A stretch of 64,000 bases of DNA, from the IMG/VR virus record IMGVR_UViG_3300020048_000077, positions 24,997 through 88,996 of that record; one strand, given 5' to 3'. The DNA comes from a virus (Duplodnaviria > Caudoviricetes). Below, one piece after another: positions 36,658-47,089 of this stretch. Each line of letters starts with the position of its first letter. The first letter of the stretch is position 1. The notes under the pieces are model-generated. The model made no database searches. It was not told the DNA's origin and worked only from the letters and a program-made list of their open reading frames with translations. The position numbers and the translations under genes were made by a program.

Positions 36658-37809
36658 ATGAACGTACTGAACATGCACATAGCTCTGGATCAGGAGCTTG
36701 ACAAAAGACACTCTCAGAAGGCGGATCAGATCCTACCTGAGGAGAAGGATCTTGCTCTGAACAGGGCTATGTGGCAGTTCATTTCTCAACGGTATGGGCA
36801 GAACAACATCTATGGCAAAGGACTTGAGGAAAGTCAGAAACGAATAGACGACCTGAGAACACTCCTTACAGAACATGAGGACAATGTCTTCTTCAAAGAG
36901 GAACTGCGACCGAACAGGATATGGGTGGACAGTTTCAGACTCCCATCCAATTACATGTTTCTTGTCAATCAACGTGGAAAGGTGTGGATCGACAGATGTC
37001 GTCCAATGTCCTTCAATCTTGTTGACCAACAGAGCAGTCTTTACTTCTTCACCTTCGCATTCAATGACCTCATGGTGAACGGCACGTCCTTCATCTCTGA
37101 ACTCAGAATGCAGGACACCGCTTTCGGAACTGCTCCAACAGTTCAAGCGCCTGTATGGATTCCATCTCCCAATCTGGTGGCCTCAGGATACACACCGGCA
37201 TCATACCCGCAGTACATAACAGAGGTCATAAACGATCTTCTTACAAATCCTCAGGCAGGATTTCAGATCTTCTACGAGAGCTACGGATCCCTGAACTTTC
37301 AGAACCGGTTCATAGTCATTGTGGATGTGGATGCTCATCCATGGTTCACATGGGATGCCTCCAATGGAACTCCTACACCTCTGGTAGCAACAGATGCTGC
37401 GAACAACCAGGTAAGCTTTGAACCTCCTCAGAATGTGACCGATGTAATGGTACAGGTAAGGACTCCGACAGGAACACCTACGAGCGATCAGGTCATAAAC
37501 AGATTTTCACAGCAGGATGACATTTTCAGACTTCTTGACGATCCTTTCAACACTACGAGACATGATGAGCCCCTTACAACGATCAGGCAGGAGTTCATCG
37601 ATGTGTATACTAATGCTTTATTCATAGTGCAAAACCTAAAAATCACATACATACGCAAACCATTGCCCATATCTCTATCTTTGGGATATGATTGTGAGTT
37701 GCCGGAACACACTCATCAGGAGATAGTAGGCATGGCTGCCAGCTCAATGCTTGAAGAGATAGGTGATCCAAGGTATAAGACACATAAAGTTGAATCAATA
37801 CGGGAATGA
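36658..37809 (+). CDS. Head-tail adaptor/ring protein
   Basis: EEKDLALNRA...RIDDLRTL...YIRKP...ELPEHTHQEIVGMA pattern. Confidence 0.7.
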   Translation: MNVLNMHIALDQELDKRHSQKADQILPEEKDLALNRAMWQFISQRYGQNNIYGKGLEESQKRIDDLRTLLTEHEDNVFFKEELRPNRIWVDSFRLPSNYMFLVNQRGKVWIDRCRPMSFNLVDQQSSLYFFTFAFNDLMVNGTSFISELRMQDTAFGTAPTVQAPVWIPSPNLVASGYTPASYPQYITEVINDLLTNPQAGFQIFYESYGSLNFQNRFIVIVDVDAHPWFTWDASNGTPTPLVATDAANNQVSFEPPQNVTDVMVQVRTPTGTPTSDQVINRFSQQDDIFRLLDDPFNTTRHDEPLTTIRQEFIDVYTNALFIVQNLKITYIRKPLPISLSLGYDCELPEHTHQEIVGMAASSMLEEIGDPRYKTHKVESIRE

Positions 37810-37857
37810 ATCCCACAAACAATAAGTTCAATCAATAACAAAAACCAAATCTAAGTC

Positions 37858-38814
37858 ATGAGACAGTTGATAGTAAGTGACGGAACAGCAGTATCTTATT
37901 CAGGTAACGTACTGGCTGCCGGTGCCGTGGACATTGTAAAACTCTCTGCGGACGGCCACACTCCGCTACTTCCTGGAGAGACCATCACTGATTCTGATTC
38001 CATCAGGATCATACAGGGAACCGCTGAAGGTGTGAACATCTTCACTCCGTGGATCCCGGGAGCAGACATCGTAAGCTGGAAGGGTACAAGCTACACTGCT
38101 CAGACACGGAATTCATTCACGGCCACAGTAACAACTGTTCCTACGGCTGCAGGTGAAGTTACCATCAAGGTGACTGACCGTAGTTCAAGTGCACAGGTGT
38201 TCCCCCGTAAGAGCTTCACCCTACCTGTAACAGCAGGTTTGGCAGTTGCAACCATCGGAGCACGTCTTGTAGCAGGACTGACAGGTGAGACAGCTGCAAC
38301 CATCCTTGCCAACCAAGGTACATTCTATCCGATCCTCGGATCTGTACAGGGAGAAGTTCAGAATACTGGTGCTGCCATTGGATTCAGAGGAAATCTGTTC
38401 TCCATTGCATCTGAGACCGAACTTGGAAACCTGACACTCTCATCTGAAGGAATGGATGGAAGCAACGGAACAACTCTTCCTATCACTTCGATCATATACC
38501 CAAGTTTGGGAGCCGGTGATGGAAACATCATCATTGAGTACGAAAAGAGCCTGAAAGGAGACCGTTCATTCTACAACCGTATCTTCCTTCCGAACACGCC
38601 TCCTACCTACGCTGTAGCGGCCTCTACCTACGATGTCTACACTCTTGCCTTCAAGAACTCTGTTCCTGGAAGTATCAATGGTGTTGACAATCTCCGTGAG
38701 ATCTCGATCGCACGAGTATCAGGTGCCGCAGCTGCTGTCATTTCAGCATTCGAAGGCGCCATCAATCCTTATGCGGCTTCATGCCCAGGAGGTTTTGCAC
38801 CAGTGAATCTGTAA
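37858..38814 (+). CDS. Structural protein (auxiliary capsid-like)
   Basis: T/G/A-rich, 318 aa, in the structural operon. Confidence 0.6.
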   Translation: MRQLIVSDGTAVSYSGNVLAAGAVDIVKLSADGHTPLLPGETITDSDSIRIIQGTAEGVNIFTPWIPGADIVSWKGTSYTAQTRNSFTATVTTVPTAAGEVTIKVTDRSSSAQVFPRKSFTLPVTAGLAVATIGARLVAGLTGETAATILANQGTFYPILGSVQGEVQNTGAAIGFRGNLFSIASETELGNLTLSSEGMDGSNGTTLPITSIIYPSLGAGDGNIIIEYEKSLKGDRSFYNRIFLPNTPPTYAVAASTYDVYTLAFKNSVPGSINGVDNLREISIARVSGAAAAVISAFEGAINPYAASCPGGFAPVNL

Positions 38815-38846
38815 TCTGATCATCCACTACAAAAAACTAAACTGAA

Positions 38847-39311
38847 ATGTCAAAGAATCAATCAGCAAACAAGAAGGTCATCAAAGCTACGTGGGATGCG
38901 TCAGCAGGTCTGGCTATTGGATCGCACTCTCCTAATTCAGGTGCGATCGTACTTCCAGAAGGGGCACTGGTAACAGATGTGTACTTCAGAGTACCTACAA
39001 CTTTTACATCTGCCACGGATGCGGGAACCATAGCCATGGGATACACAGGCGCAACAGGAGCTTTCCGAGCTGCGATCGCCATCAGTGCTGCCGGAAACAT
39101 CTATGATGAAGGTACAAGCTCAGGTCTTGTAGGAAATCAGGCCTTGGATGGTAACGCTCTTACAGCAATTGCTGCGGCCGCTGCCAAAGCTGCTACCTAC
39201 GCTTATACGGCTGTAGATGTGAATCTTCTTCTAACAGTTGCAGTGGAAGCACTGACAGCAGGAAAGATCGTTGCGTTCATCGAATACGTACAGACGGGGG
39301 ATATTTCTTAA
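38847..39311 (+). CDS. Structural (decoration-like) protein
   Basis: Ala-rich beta-sandwich-like sequence. Confidence 0.6.
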   Translation: MSKNQSANKKVIKATWDASAGLAIGSHSPNSGAIVLPEGALVTDVYFRVPTTFTSATDAGTIAMGYTGATGAFRAAIAISAAGNIYDEGTSSGLVGNQALDGNALTAIAAAAAKAATYAYTAVDVNLLLTVAVEALTAGKIVAFIEYVQTGDIS

Positions 39312-39334
39312 AGAAATCCTCAAATTGAATTGAG

Positions 39335-39376
39335 AAGGCCAGAGGGGGAAAAAGTCCTCGCTCTGGCCTTTTTCTT
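39335..39376 (+). terminator. Intrinsic terminator
   Basis: AAGGCCAGAG/CTCTGGCCTT stem followed by T-rich tail. Confidence 0.7.
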
Positions 39377-39393
39377 AAAACAAATTCTCAGAA

Positions 39394-39894
39394 ATGAACA
39401 TCTCAACAACCATAACAGGAGATTGCAGGTACATGAGTCTGGTCATATCAGGTGCTCAGGGGCCTGCAGACATTGTCATTCTGAATGGAACCCTGTCATA
39501 CTCACTTACAGTTCAACTGCCTGCCGGTGGAGCGGCTTTCAACACTCTCCTGTACCTGGATTCAACAGTAGGAACTGTGAATGGAATATTTCAGATCTCA
39601 GGAACCGATTCGAACGGGGACAATGCCTACGCAGGAGCCTTTGGGAAGTGCAGTATCGACTGTTGTATTGCAACGAAGGTGGACAAGCTTCTCGGATGTG
39701 ACTGTGGATGTACGAAATGCAACAACACTCTTATACAGGCAGAAAGAGTATACCTTCTTTCCCTTGGTGTGGAAACGGAACTAAGGTTCATAGGAAATGA
39801 TCTTGCGATCAATGCTGCCATATACGAACGCGCACGTTTGAAGTATAGAAAAATGCTTGAACTATGCTCAGACAGTTGTGGATGTAACTGCTAA
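39394..39894 (+). CDS. Structural protein with Cys-rich C-terminus
   Basis: CSIDCC...GCDCGCTKC...CSDSCGCNC. Confidence 0.7.
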   Translation: MNISTTITGDCRYMSLVISGAQGPADIVILNGTLSYSLTVQLPAGGAAFNTLLYLDSTVGTVNGIFQISGTDSNGDNAYAGAFGKCSIDCCIATKVDKLLGCDCGCTKCNNTLIQAERVYLLSLGVETELRFIGNDLAINAAIYERARLKYRKMLELCSDSCGCNC

Positions 39895-42800
39895 GTCGAA
39901 AATGGGAAAACCTAAACACATAACAGGAGTAGCAGCGAACATTGAAACAGGCCTCACTGCTGTATTCATGTGGTCCAAAGAACGCAGGTACGACACCATT
40001 GCATCAATTGAGGATCTTGATGGTATGATACCCGTATATTACCATGTATACAAGAATAGGATCGATATCATATATGATAAAAGATCAGATACATCTGTAA
40101 AAACATACAGAATAAACTTCGCATCAGGAGATTCAGAGGACATCAATGTGATCGTTCCTATAAAGAGTATCATAGATAATGAGTATCTTGATCTTGAAGG
40201 AGAAGTAAGAGGTCCGGGATCAGATTTTGATTTCAGAATGAGTGTAATGAACAGGTTTGAATCATCTCTTCCAAAAGCAGTATACTCCGTTCTACCTCAA
40301 TCAGATCCTGCAGATGTGTTCTCATACGAGAATGTATGGATGATGAATTCCGGAGGAATCTATGTAGAGTTCAAAGGATCCACTCTCTCTCAGAAATGGA
40401 AGGAAGGTGGATACGATGGAGGTCGACCTGTACAAGGTGTGAAGGCCATACAGCATGCTTCATTTGCAGCTGTGATATCCGACAACATAACTGAACCTTC
40501 AGAAGTATGGGAAGAGATATTCTCTGAGTCTGGCAATCCGGCCGTAACAGGTTTCACATGGTCAAAGGATCTTCCAGATGTATCACCGCTTGCAAGAAAA
40601 TTCTCAGTATGCAATGATCCCATATCTCCATCCTACTATGTTACAACAGGAAATGATATAAGTGGAACAGCTATACCTGTGCAATACCTTACAGGAACAT
40701 CTGAAGCTATATTCGTAGACTATCCTTGCACAGTTGATTGTACGGAGTTCAATGTAAGAATGAACTTTACTCCAAGAACACTGAATGATCTTGGAAATTT
40801 TGATATCACAATACTGGGAAACCCCGCATCTCCTGCAATACGTAAAGGAACGAATGTCTCTGCGTACGATACCGCCAAACTTCCCACTTACCCTGCACTT
40901 AACCTTTCAAGTTTCGAATACGACCTTGTAGTACCTGATGGAGTGACCTACGGAGGTACGATCGCAAGTGGGGTTACAAGTGCAACCTCTTACAGCTTCG
41001 TAGATATACCTGCAGGACCTGGAATATGGAAGATACAAATAACTGATGTATCAACAGGTGGAATCATAGAACTTTCAGTTCCGATGATCGATCCATCTAC
41101 AAGATCAACAGGTACCTGTGCCACAGCATCCGCGTTGAACTATGATTCAGCATCAACAGTAACATGTACTGATTGCTGTCTGAGTTGTACTGCAGGATAC
41201 CTTACAAGAGGAGGTATCGCCCTTGGACAGAATCTCATACTGAACACCGGTACAACAATATCTCCTTCCACAACTCTTGCATCCAATGATGGAAGCGCCA
41301 CATTCTTCGGAACTGTGAACACAGGAGTGGATCCATTGATGGCAAGTTACCTCACAGGCACATACGACATATACCTGTACAACACTACAGGTGCCGGCCA
41401 AGCTATGGGAACACTTGTGGATAGCGACACTGGAATACCGAATCCTACATATACCTTCAATGGTCTTGCTTCAGGTTGGTATGGGGTTCAGATCTTCTCC
41501 ACAGGGGAACTCTGTGTCAGTACGTACTACTTTGAGGTGGCCGTACTATCTGATGCACCTGTACCATGTACAGCAACAATAAAGTATGCCATTGATCCAT
41601 GTTCAGGACAATTCTCAACGAACATAACATCTCCTGATACTGCACCTGCAATTGCATCTATAACATACACTCTCAATGGAGTTGAGGTGGGAAGTATTCC
41701 ACCTGTTGTATCTGCAGGAGATGTTGTGGTGGTGAATATCACATGGGAGGATACTGGAGCATTTCCTTGTACACTTTATACAGAGACCTATCAGGTAACA
41801 TCTGCAGATCTTCAATGCAGTAGAGGAGAGGATCCTACCATCTCCGGATGTATGGATCCATCAGCTGTGAATTACAACTCCGCAGCAACAGTATCCGATG
41901 GTTCGTGCTTCTACGGTGTTCCAGGATGCCTTGATCCATCAGCTTCGAACTTCAATCCTAACGCAACCATATCCAATGGTACATGTACCTATGGAATAAG
42001 CGGATGTATTGATCCGAACGCTACGAACTACGATCCGAATGCCACCATCGATGATGGAAGTTGCGTAGATGCATGCTCTGAACTCATATTTGAAACAATT
42101 CAAGTATCAGGAGGTGTTTACACCATCGTATTTGCAAACACTCCTCCTTCTTATGAGGTATCATGGCTGAACGTAGACACAGGAGTTGTGACAACTGTTT
42201 CGAATTCGAATGTGGCACCTACACTTCCTGATGGAATATATGTTGTGACAGTGACAACAGGTGGAGGATGTACTGATACGTATGTTCTCGGAATCAACGA
42301 TACTCCACTATATGGTTGTATTGATCCGAATGCCAGTAACTACAGTCCCGCTTCGAACATTTCTCAGAGTTATTATGGACTTCCAGGAACATCAGGTACA
42401 CTTGTAGGCGGACCATGTACGTACAACATTCAACCTTCTCCATGTACACCCAGAGATCTTGACACTCTACTACGTAATCTTGACAACTGTGTGGTTGAAA
42501 AGATGAATGAGTTCACAGATCTAATGCGTTCTGGAAGGTTGAAAGAGTGCAATACGAAGAATACAAGGATGATAGGTCTTCTGAGGTATCTGCTCTCAAG
42601 AAGGGATCTTCCGTGCCTGTACAACTGTGCCGATTCCATGTCTCCGAACTTCAGTGGTACTACTCAAGGAACTCCATGTGAAAACAAATGGGGAACAGGA
42701 GGTCCCAATGGAACAGAACTGGTATGGGATGCAAGCACTGTATATGAATTCGGAGATGTTGTAAAGCATCCTACAAGTGAAGATATCTACACGTTCATAA

Positions 42801-43060
42801 TGCCTACTCCAGCTGCAAACATGGATCCGGAATCCATACTTGGAGAATCATCATGGGAATACTGCAGGGAACCATTTGCATTCACGGATATTACGAACAG
42901 ACTTGATCCTTATTTTGCATTCCTGGCGGAAGCATGCAGAGACTGTGGACTTCCACCGGTTGCTCCTATACAACATCCAAGTACATCAGTACCTTTGGAG
43001 GACAAAGGAACGGTCATAGACTCGGAACCATTGGAAATAAACGGATCTGTAACACTTTAA
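39857..43060 (+). CDS. 1067-aa Cys-rich fibre/surface protein with GCxDPxAxNY repeats
   Basis: Four GC(M/L/I)DP(S/N)AxN(Y/F) repeats plus Ig-like segments. Confidence 0.75.
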   Translation: MNYAQTVVDVTAKSKMGKPKHITGVAANIETGLTAVFMWSKERRYDTIASIEDLDGMIPVYYHVYKNRIDIIYDKRSDTSVKTYRINFASGDSEDINVIVPIKSIIDNEYLDLEGEVRGPGSDFDFRMSVMNRFESSLPKAVYSVLPQSDPADVFSYENVWMMNSGGIYVEFKGSTLSQKWKEGGYDGGRPVQGVKAIQHASFAAVISDNITEPSEVWEEIFSESGNPAVTGFTWSKDLPDVSPLARKFSVCNDPISPSYYVTTGNDISGTAIPVQYLTGTSEAIFVDYPCTVDCTEFNVRMNFTPRTLNDLGNFDITILGNPASPAIRKGTNVSAYDTAKLPTYPALNLSSFEYDLVVPDGVTYGGTIASGVTSATSYSFVDIPAGPGIWKIQITDVSTGGIIELSVPMIDPSTRSTGTCATASALNYDSASTVTCTDCCLSCTAGYLTRGGIALGQNLILNTGTTISPSTTLASNDGSATFFGTVNTGVDPLMASYLTGTYDIYLYNTTGAGQAMGTLVDSDTGIPNPTYTFNGLASGWYGVQIFSTGELCVSTYYFEVAVLSDAPVPCTATIKYAIDPCSGQFSTNITSPDTAPAIASITYTLNGVEVGSIPPVVSAGDVVVVNITWEDTGAFPCTLYTETYQVTSADLQCSRGEDPTISGCMDPSAVNYNSAATVSDGSCFYGVPGCLDPSASNFNPNATISNGTCTYGISGCIDPNATNYDPNATIDDGSCVDACSELIFETIQVSGGVYTIVFANTPPSYEVSWLNVDTGVVTTVSNSNVAPTLPDGIYVVTVTTGGGCTDTYVLGINDTPLYGCIDPNASNYSPASNISQSYYGLPGTSGTLVGGPCTYNIQPSPCTPRDLDTLLRNLDNCVVEKMNEFTDLMRSGRLKECNTKNTRMIGLLRYLLSRRDLPCLYNCADSMSPNFSGTTQGTPCENKWGTGGPNGTELVWDASTVYEFGDVVKHPTSEDIYTFIMPTPAANMDPESILGESSWEYCREPFAFTDITNRLDPYFAFLAEACRDCGLPPVAPIQHPSTSVPLEDKGTVIDSEPLEINGSVTL

Positions 43061-43073
43061 AGACATAAAGAAA

Positions 43074-44447
43074 ATGAGTGAAGTAGCATTATGGCCCACA
43101 TTGGCAAAGACAAGTGTAGTATCTACGGACTACATTCCAGTTACAGGAAAGAAGAAACTGCAGGTATCTACTCTTTTCCCATCATTTGCGACCGCAGGTG
43201 TAGGAGGACAAAGTCTGTACACCAGTATCACGAACAAGAATCAGCTGAACTTCAAAGGTCTGCTATCACTGCACACAGCTTTGACAGTTGCTACAGCTTC
43301 CAGCAATCTCGTCCTCGACATTGTAGAAGGCAACATTGATCTGGATCTATGTGACAATTCAACCTCTCTCTTTCTGAAAACCGTAAGTCTTACAGCGAAT
43401 GTGACCGGTGTTCTTCCTCTTGCCAATGGTGGTACAGGCCTATCAAGTATCACAAAGGGAAGTGTGCTGTATGCAAGTGCGATCAATACTCTTGCAGCAA
43501 GCACTCCGCTCAATACGAACGGACAGCTTCTGATAGGACATACAGGAAACGGTTATCCATCAGTGTCCACACTTACTGCAGGTGCGAACATCACCATCAC
43601 CAATGGTGCAGGAGCCATTACGATCGCTGCGAACATAACCACCTTACTTGCCACACTTGACTGTTCAACCTTCGGAATAAATCTGAATTATGGTGCAGGA
43701 GCAAGCTGGTTGTCAGGAGATGGAACTGCAGAAGGTGTGACAGTTGATGCTTCAGGAAGAGTATTCGTAGGAGACAGTGTTCCTACACTTCCCACTCTTG
43801 CAGCTCAACTTACCATGGGTGGAAATGCAACAGTAGCTGTTCAGATCGGAAATAACAACAACTACAAGGATCATGAGATCAAGGCCACGAATGCTACTGG
43901 AGCCAGTGCAGGCCTCAATCTGAGTATTCTTGGCGCCAATGCAACTGTTGGAAACAACAATGGTGGAAATATGACCGTGAAAGCGGGAGATGCCGCAGGT
44001 ACAGGAACATCAGGAGATCTCATACTCGCAGGAGGAAGTGATGGAGCAACTGCAACTGCAGGAAAAGTAAAGCTTCGATACTACACAGGAAATGTGGCAA
44101 CCGATGCACTTGTAGTTGACGGTGGAAAAGTGAAACTTCCTGCAGGTCCACTGGTGGACAGTCAAGCTGCACAGACCCTTACAGGAGCAGGAGCTGTGAG
44201 CATCATTACTTCAAGAACACATTTCACTGATACAGGAGCAAATGCACTCACACTCGCAGATGGAACCGATGGGCAGCATAAATACATCGTACAGATAGGA
44301 ACATCCGGAGGAGCAGGTACCTTGACTCCTACGAATCTTGGTGGATATACCACAATAACATTTAATGCTATTGGAGAATCTGTACATTTGTTGTTCACTA
44401 ACGGAGAGTGGTACATCGTTGGAATCATCGGTGCAACACCTGCATAA
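43074..44447 (+). CDS. Tail fibre-like protein
   Basis: G/A/T-rich, GVLPLANGGTG, LTAGANITITNGAGAITIA. Confidence 0.7.
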   Translation: MSEVALWPTLAKTSVVSTDYIPVTGKKKLQVSTLFPSFATAGVGGQSLYTSITNKNQLNFKGLLSLHTALTVATASSNLVLDIVEGNIDLDLCDNSTSLFLKTVSLTANVTGVLPLANGGTGLSSITKGSVLYASAINTLAASTPLNTNGQLLIGHTGNGYPSVSTLTAGANITITNGAGAITIAANITTLLATLDCSTFGINLNYGAGASWLSGDGTAEGVTVDASGRVFVGDSVPTLPTLAAQLTMGGNATVAVQIGNNNNYKDHEIKATNATGASAGLNLSILGANATVGNNNGGNMTVKAGDAAGTGTSGDLILAGGSDGATATAGKVKLRYYTGNVATDALVVDGGKVKLPAGPLVDSQAAQTLTGAGAVSIITSRTHFTDTGANALTLADGTDGQHKYIVQIGTSGGAGTLTPTNLGGYTTITFNAIGESVHLLFTNGEWYIVGIIGATPA

Positions 44448-44457
44448 CAATAAATGA

Positions 44458-44881
44458 AATGAGCGTAGAAGCTATTGAAGAAGTAAAAACAGGAAACAAA
44501 GCAGGATTCTATATTGAACTCTTGCAGGCACACCTTGAAGTGATCGATCTGAAAGGTCTGAAGTTCGCAAAGAAAGTATCGGACAACATTGATGTCCTTA
44601 ACCGTGAACTTGAACCTATCAATGAGTTCATGAAACCTTCTGATGAATGGAGAGCGTTTGCTCAACGTGTACAACAGGAGGCACAAGGAAACAGAGAGAT
44701 CATTGCACAGCTCGAATCCGAGAACCAGGAACTTGTGAATGCCCGGCATGAGCAGCTCACCCTTGGTCAGGAAATGATCGAGAAGGAACTGGACATCAAA
44801 CTGAGAAAGTTCAATGAAAGTGAACTTCCCAATGAAATGACAGCACGACAGTACATGTCACTGAAACCACTTATAAATTGA
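44458..44881 (+). CDS. Hypothetical protein (possible fibre chaperone)
   Basis: Start at ATG 44458 (MSVEAIEE); helical and acidic. Confidence 0.6.
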
Positions 44882-44885
44882 AAGA

Positions 44886-45242
44886 ATGGCAACGATCAAG
44901 ATCGATATAAACATTTCAAGCTCCACTGTAGGTGCTGACAAGCTGAATCTACCGTATTCAAAGCTGGTGACCGTTACGACACCTTACGTGAATTCAGGTA
45001 CGGCCTCCGTAGGAACATCTTCTCCTGTTGCGGTCGTACTTGCAGGAGCTTCGAACACCATGGTCTACATCGTGAACAATGATCCGACCAATTACATCAA
45101 TCTTCAGACAGCAGCAGCAGTCATATGGGGAAGTGTGGGGCCTAAGGAATGTGCTCTCTTCAAGGTGAAGACGGGATCCGGACTCAGCCTTCTGGCCAAC
45201 TCGGCCGCCTGTAATTATGAACTAAGTTACTGGACCATCTGA
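44886..45242 (+). CDS. Tail structural protein
   Basis: Beta-rich, 118 aa. Confidence 0.65.
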   Translation: MATIKIDINISSSTVGADKLNLPYSKLVTVTTPYVNSGTASVGTSSPVAVVLAGASNTMVYIVNNDPTNYINLQTAAAVIWGSVGPKECALFKVKTGSGLSLLANSAACNYELSYWTI

Positions 45243-45913
45243 TGATATGGCTGTCTGACAAGACCCTACATATCACAGGCCATTGTACAGCTACTACAGC
45301 AGCCCGTACAATGTGGCCCGACAACACAATTATAACAACTCCTGTGAAGTACATGGAGGTGTGGGTTGCAAGCACCAATGCAAATGATACTCTACTTGGT
45401 ACAGGAGCAAGAGGTGTACGTATAGAGGGACTTGACAACAAAGGCGTTCCATTAAGAAAGGACATTGAACTCAACGGTCAGACGCCTGTACTTGCAACTG
45501 AGTTCAAATGGGTGCAGTCGATCTCTGTATCAGAAGTAGGAAGTAACGGATCGAACCTTGGAATCATATATGCCGGCTCAGGAGTCTTCACAACAGGAGT
45601 TCCTGCAGTGAAGTATGAACTTATTCCAATAGGAGAAGGAGTACCGCAAACCATTAGGTTCACAGTTCCCACAGGAATGAGACTCACAATTGAATACATA
45701 GAATCAAAATCCACCACTTCAGCTAACGATTACACACTACAACTCTGCGTTCAGAATGACGTGACAGGATTTAGGATCGTAAGCAGGGTGGACATAGGTT
45801 CTTTACAGTATCTTGTACAGGCTGGAGAAACAGTATCTTTGAGGGTATTGAATTCAACAGCAGTTGAAACGATATATGCCAAACTCATAGGAAGACTTGA
45901 ATTAACATTATGA
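45242..45913 (+). CDS. Tail structural protein
   Basis: GTGARGVRIEGLD...LNGQTPV segment. Confidence 0.65.
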   Translation: MIWLSDKTLHITGHCTATTAARTMWPDNTIITTPVKYMEVWVASTNANDTLLGTGARGVRIEGLDNKGVPLRKDIELNGQTPVLATEFKWVQSISVSEVGSNGSNLGIIYAGSGVFTTGVPAVKYELIPIGEGVPQTIRFTVPTGMRLTIEYIESKSTTSANDYTLQLCVQNDVTGFRIVSRVDIGSLQYLVQAGETVSLRVLNSTAVETIYAKLIGRLELTL

Positions 45914-46611
45914 GCCCTACACTGAAGGAAATATCCTACAACATCCTTAACCTCTACAGAGGCGGAAGGTCTACGAACAACGAACACATATCGTTGGCTC
46001 AGATCGATTTCAATGTAAAGCATTACAGGGCCCTGCTGATAAGACGTGACTTTCAAAAGCACAACCGTATCACCAGACATTTTGAACAGGATCTCGGGTG
46101 TCTGGAGCTTACACGTGTGAATGCCAGTAAATGCTGCGGTCTTCCCATAGAATGTGAGGTATCACGTACCGTGGACAAGATCCCACGTACCGTGAGATTC
46201 AATTACATGGATGCCTTGACGAACATTTCTGATCCGTCAGGACTTTCCACGATACCATTGGTGGATTCCATAACAGTACAGTTCCTTCCATACGACCGGT
46301 TTACAAAGAACGACAGGAAGGCCTACATGATCGAGGACTATCTGTACATCTACAATCCTGATGGAATGGATACGATAAATGTAAGAGGTGTCTTTGAGGA
46401 TCCTGAGGAACTGGCAAAGTTCGACTGTGACGGTTCAGACTGCTACGATCCGGATGCTGCCTTTCCATTGTCCATGGACATGATCAACGCCATAACTGAA
46501 GGACTCGTAAAAGGTACCCTTCAGCTGCTTCCGATGACAACATCGGACACTTCAAACGACAACATACAGGATTCACATGTAGAGAAGCAACGAAGTGGCG
46601 AAAGCAAGTAA
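45910..46611 (+). CDS. Tail ring protein
   Basis: TLKEISYNILNLYRGG...EQDLGCLEL...INVRGVFEDP; crAss-like ring pattern. Confidence 0.7.
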   Translation: MSPTLKEISYNILNLYRGGRSTNNEHISLAQIDFNVKHYRALLIRRDFQKHNRITRHFEQDLGCLELTRVNASKCCGLPIECEVSRTVDKIPRTVRFNYMDALTNISDPSGLSTIPLVDSITVQFLPYDRFTKNDRKAYMIEDYLYIYNPDGMDTINVRGVFEDPEELAKFDCDGSDCYDPDAAFPLSMDMINAITEGLVKGTLQLLPMTTSDTSNDNIQDSHVEKQRSGESK

Positions 46612-47089
46612 GGACATATATGCGGTCTATTGCAAGATGAGTAAAGATCCTGTATCATATCGGATCTTCAAAAATGTAATATCAGAGTTCAATGAGAAGA
46701 TCATAGAGTACGTCATTGATGGAGGAATTTTTACAATGTGGCATGGTCTTTCAACATTGTCCATTACAAGGAGAAAAAGAGATCCGAGATCGAAAAGAAT
46801 AGATTGGGGAGCGAGTAACAAACTGAAACAAGAGATACTCGATTCAGGAAATAAATTGTTCGACAAGGAAACTGGAGAAGGGGAGGAATGGTTGATCTTC
46901 TACACCAATGAAAGTTATCTGAGGTGGAGATGGCACAAGGAGAAATGCAGGATACAGAACAGATCGGTGTACAGATTTGATCCGACAAGAGGAGTGAACG
47001 GGAACAAGGAAAAGCTCCTGGAGGCAATGCTGAAAGATGACATGGCATATTTGAAATTCAAAAAGCACGAGGATAAAACGAGATCGTAA
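46595..47089 (+). CDS. Conserved basic protein of the crAss-like tail module
   Basis: IDWGASNKLK...RWRWHK...YRFDPTRG. Confidence 0.65.
   Translation: MAKASKDIYAVYCKMSKDPVSYRIFKNVISEFNEKIIEYVIDGGIFTMWHGLSTLSITRRKRDPRSKRIDWGASNKLKQEILDSGNKLFDKETGEGEEWLIFYTNESYLRWRWHKEKCRIQNRSVYRFDPTRGVNGNKEKLLEAMLKDDMAYLKFKKHEDKTRS

Noticed and set aside
41830-42360. CRISPR array or DGR template/variable repeats
   Set aside because: The repeats are coding-level Cys repeats with degenerate DNA; no reverse transcriptase, cas gene or repeat-spacer array was seen in the window
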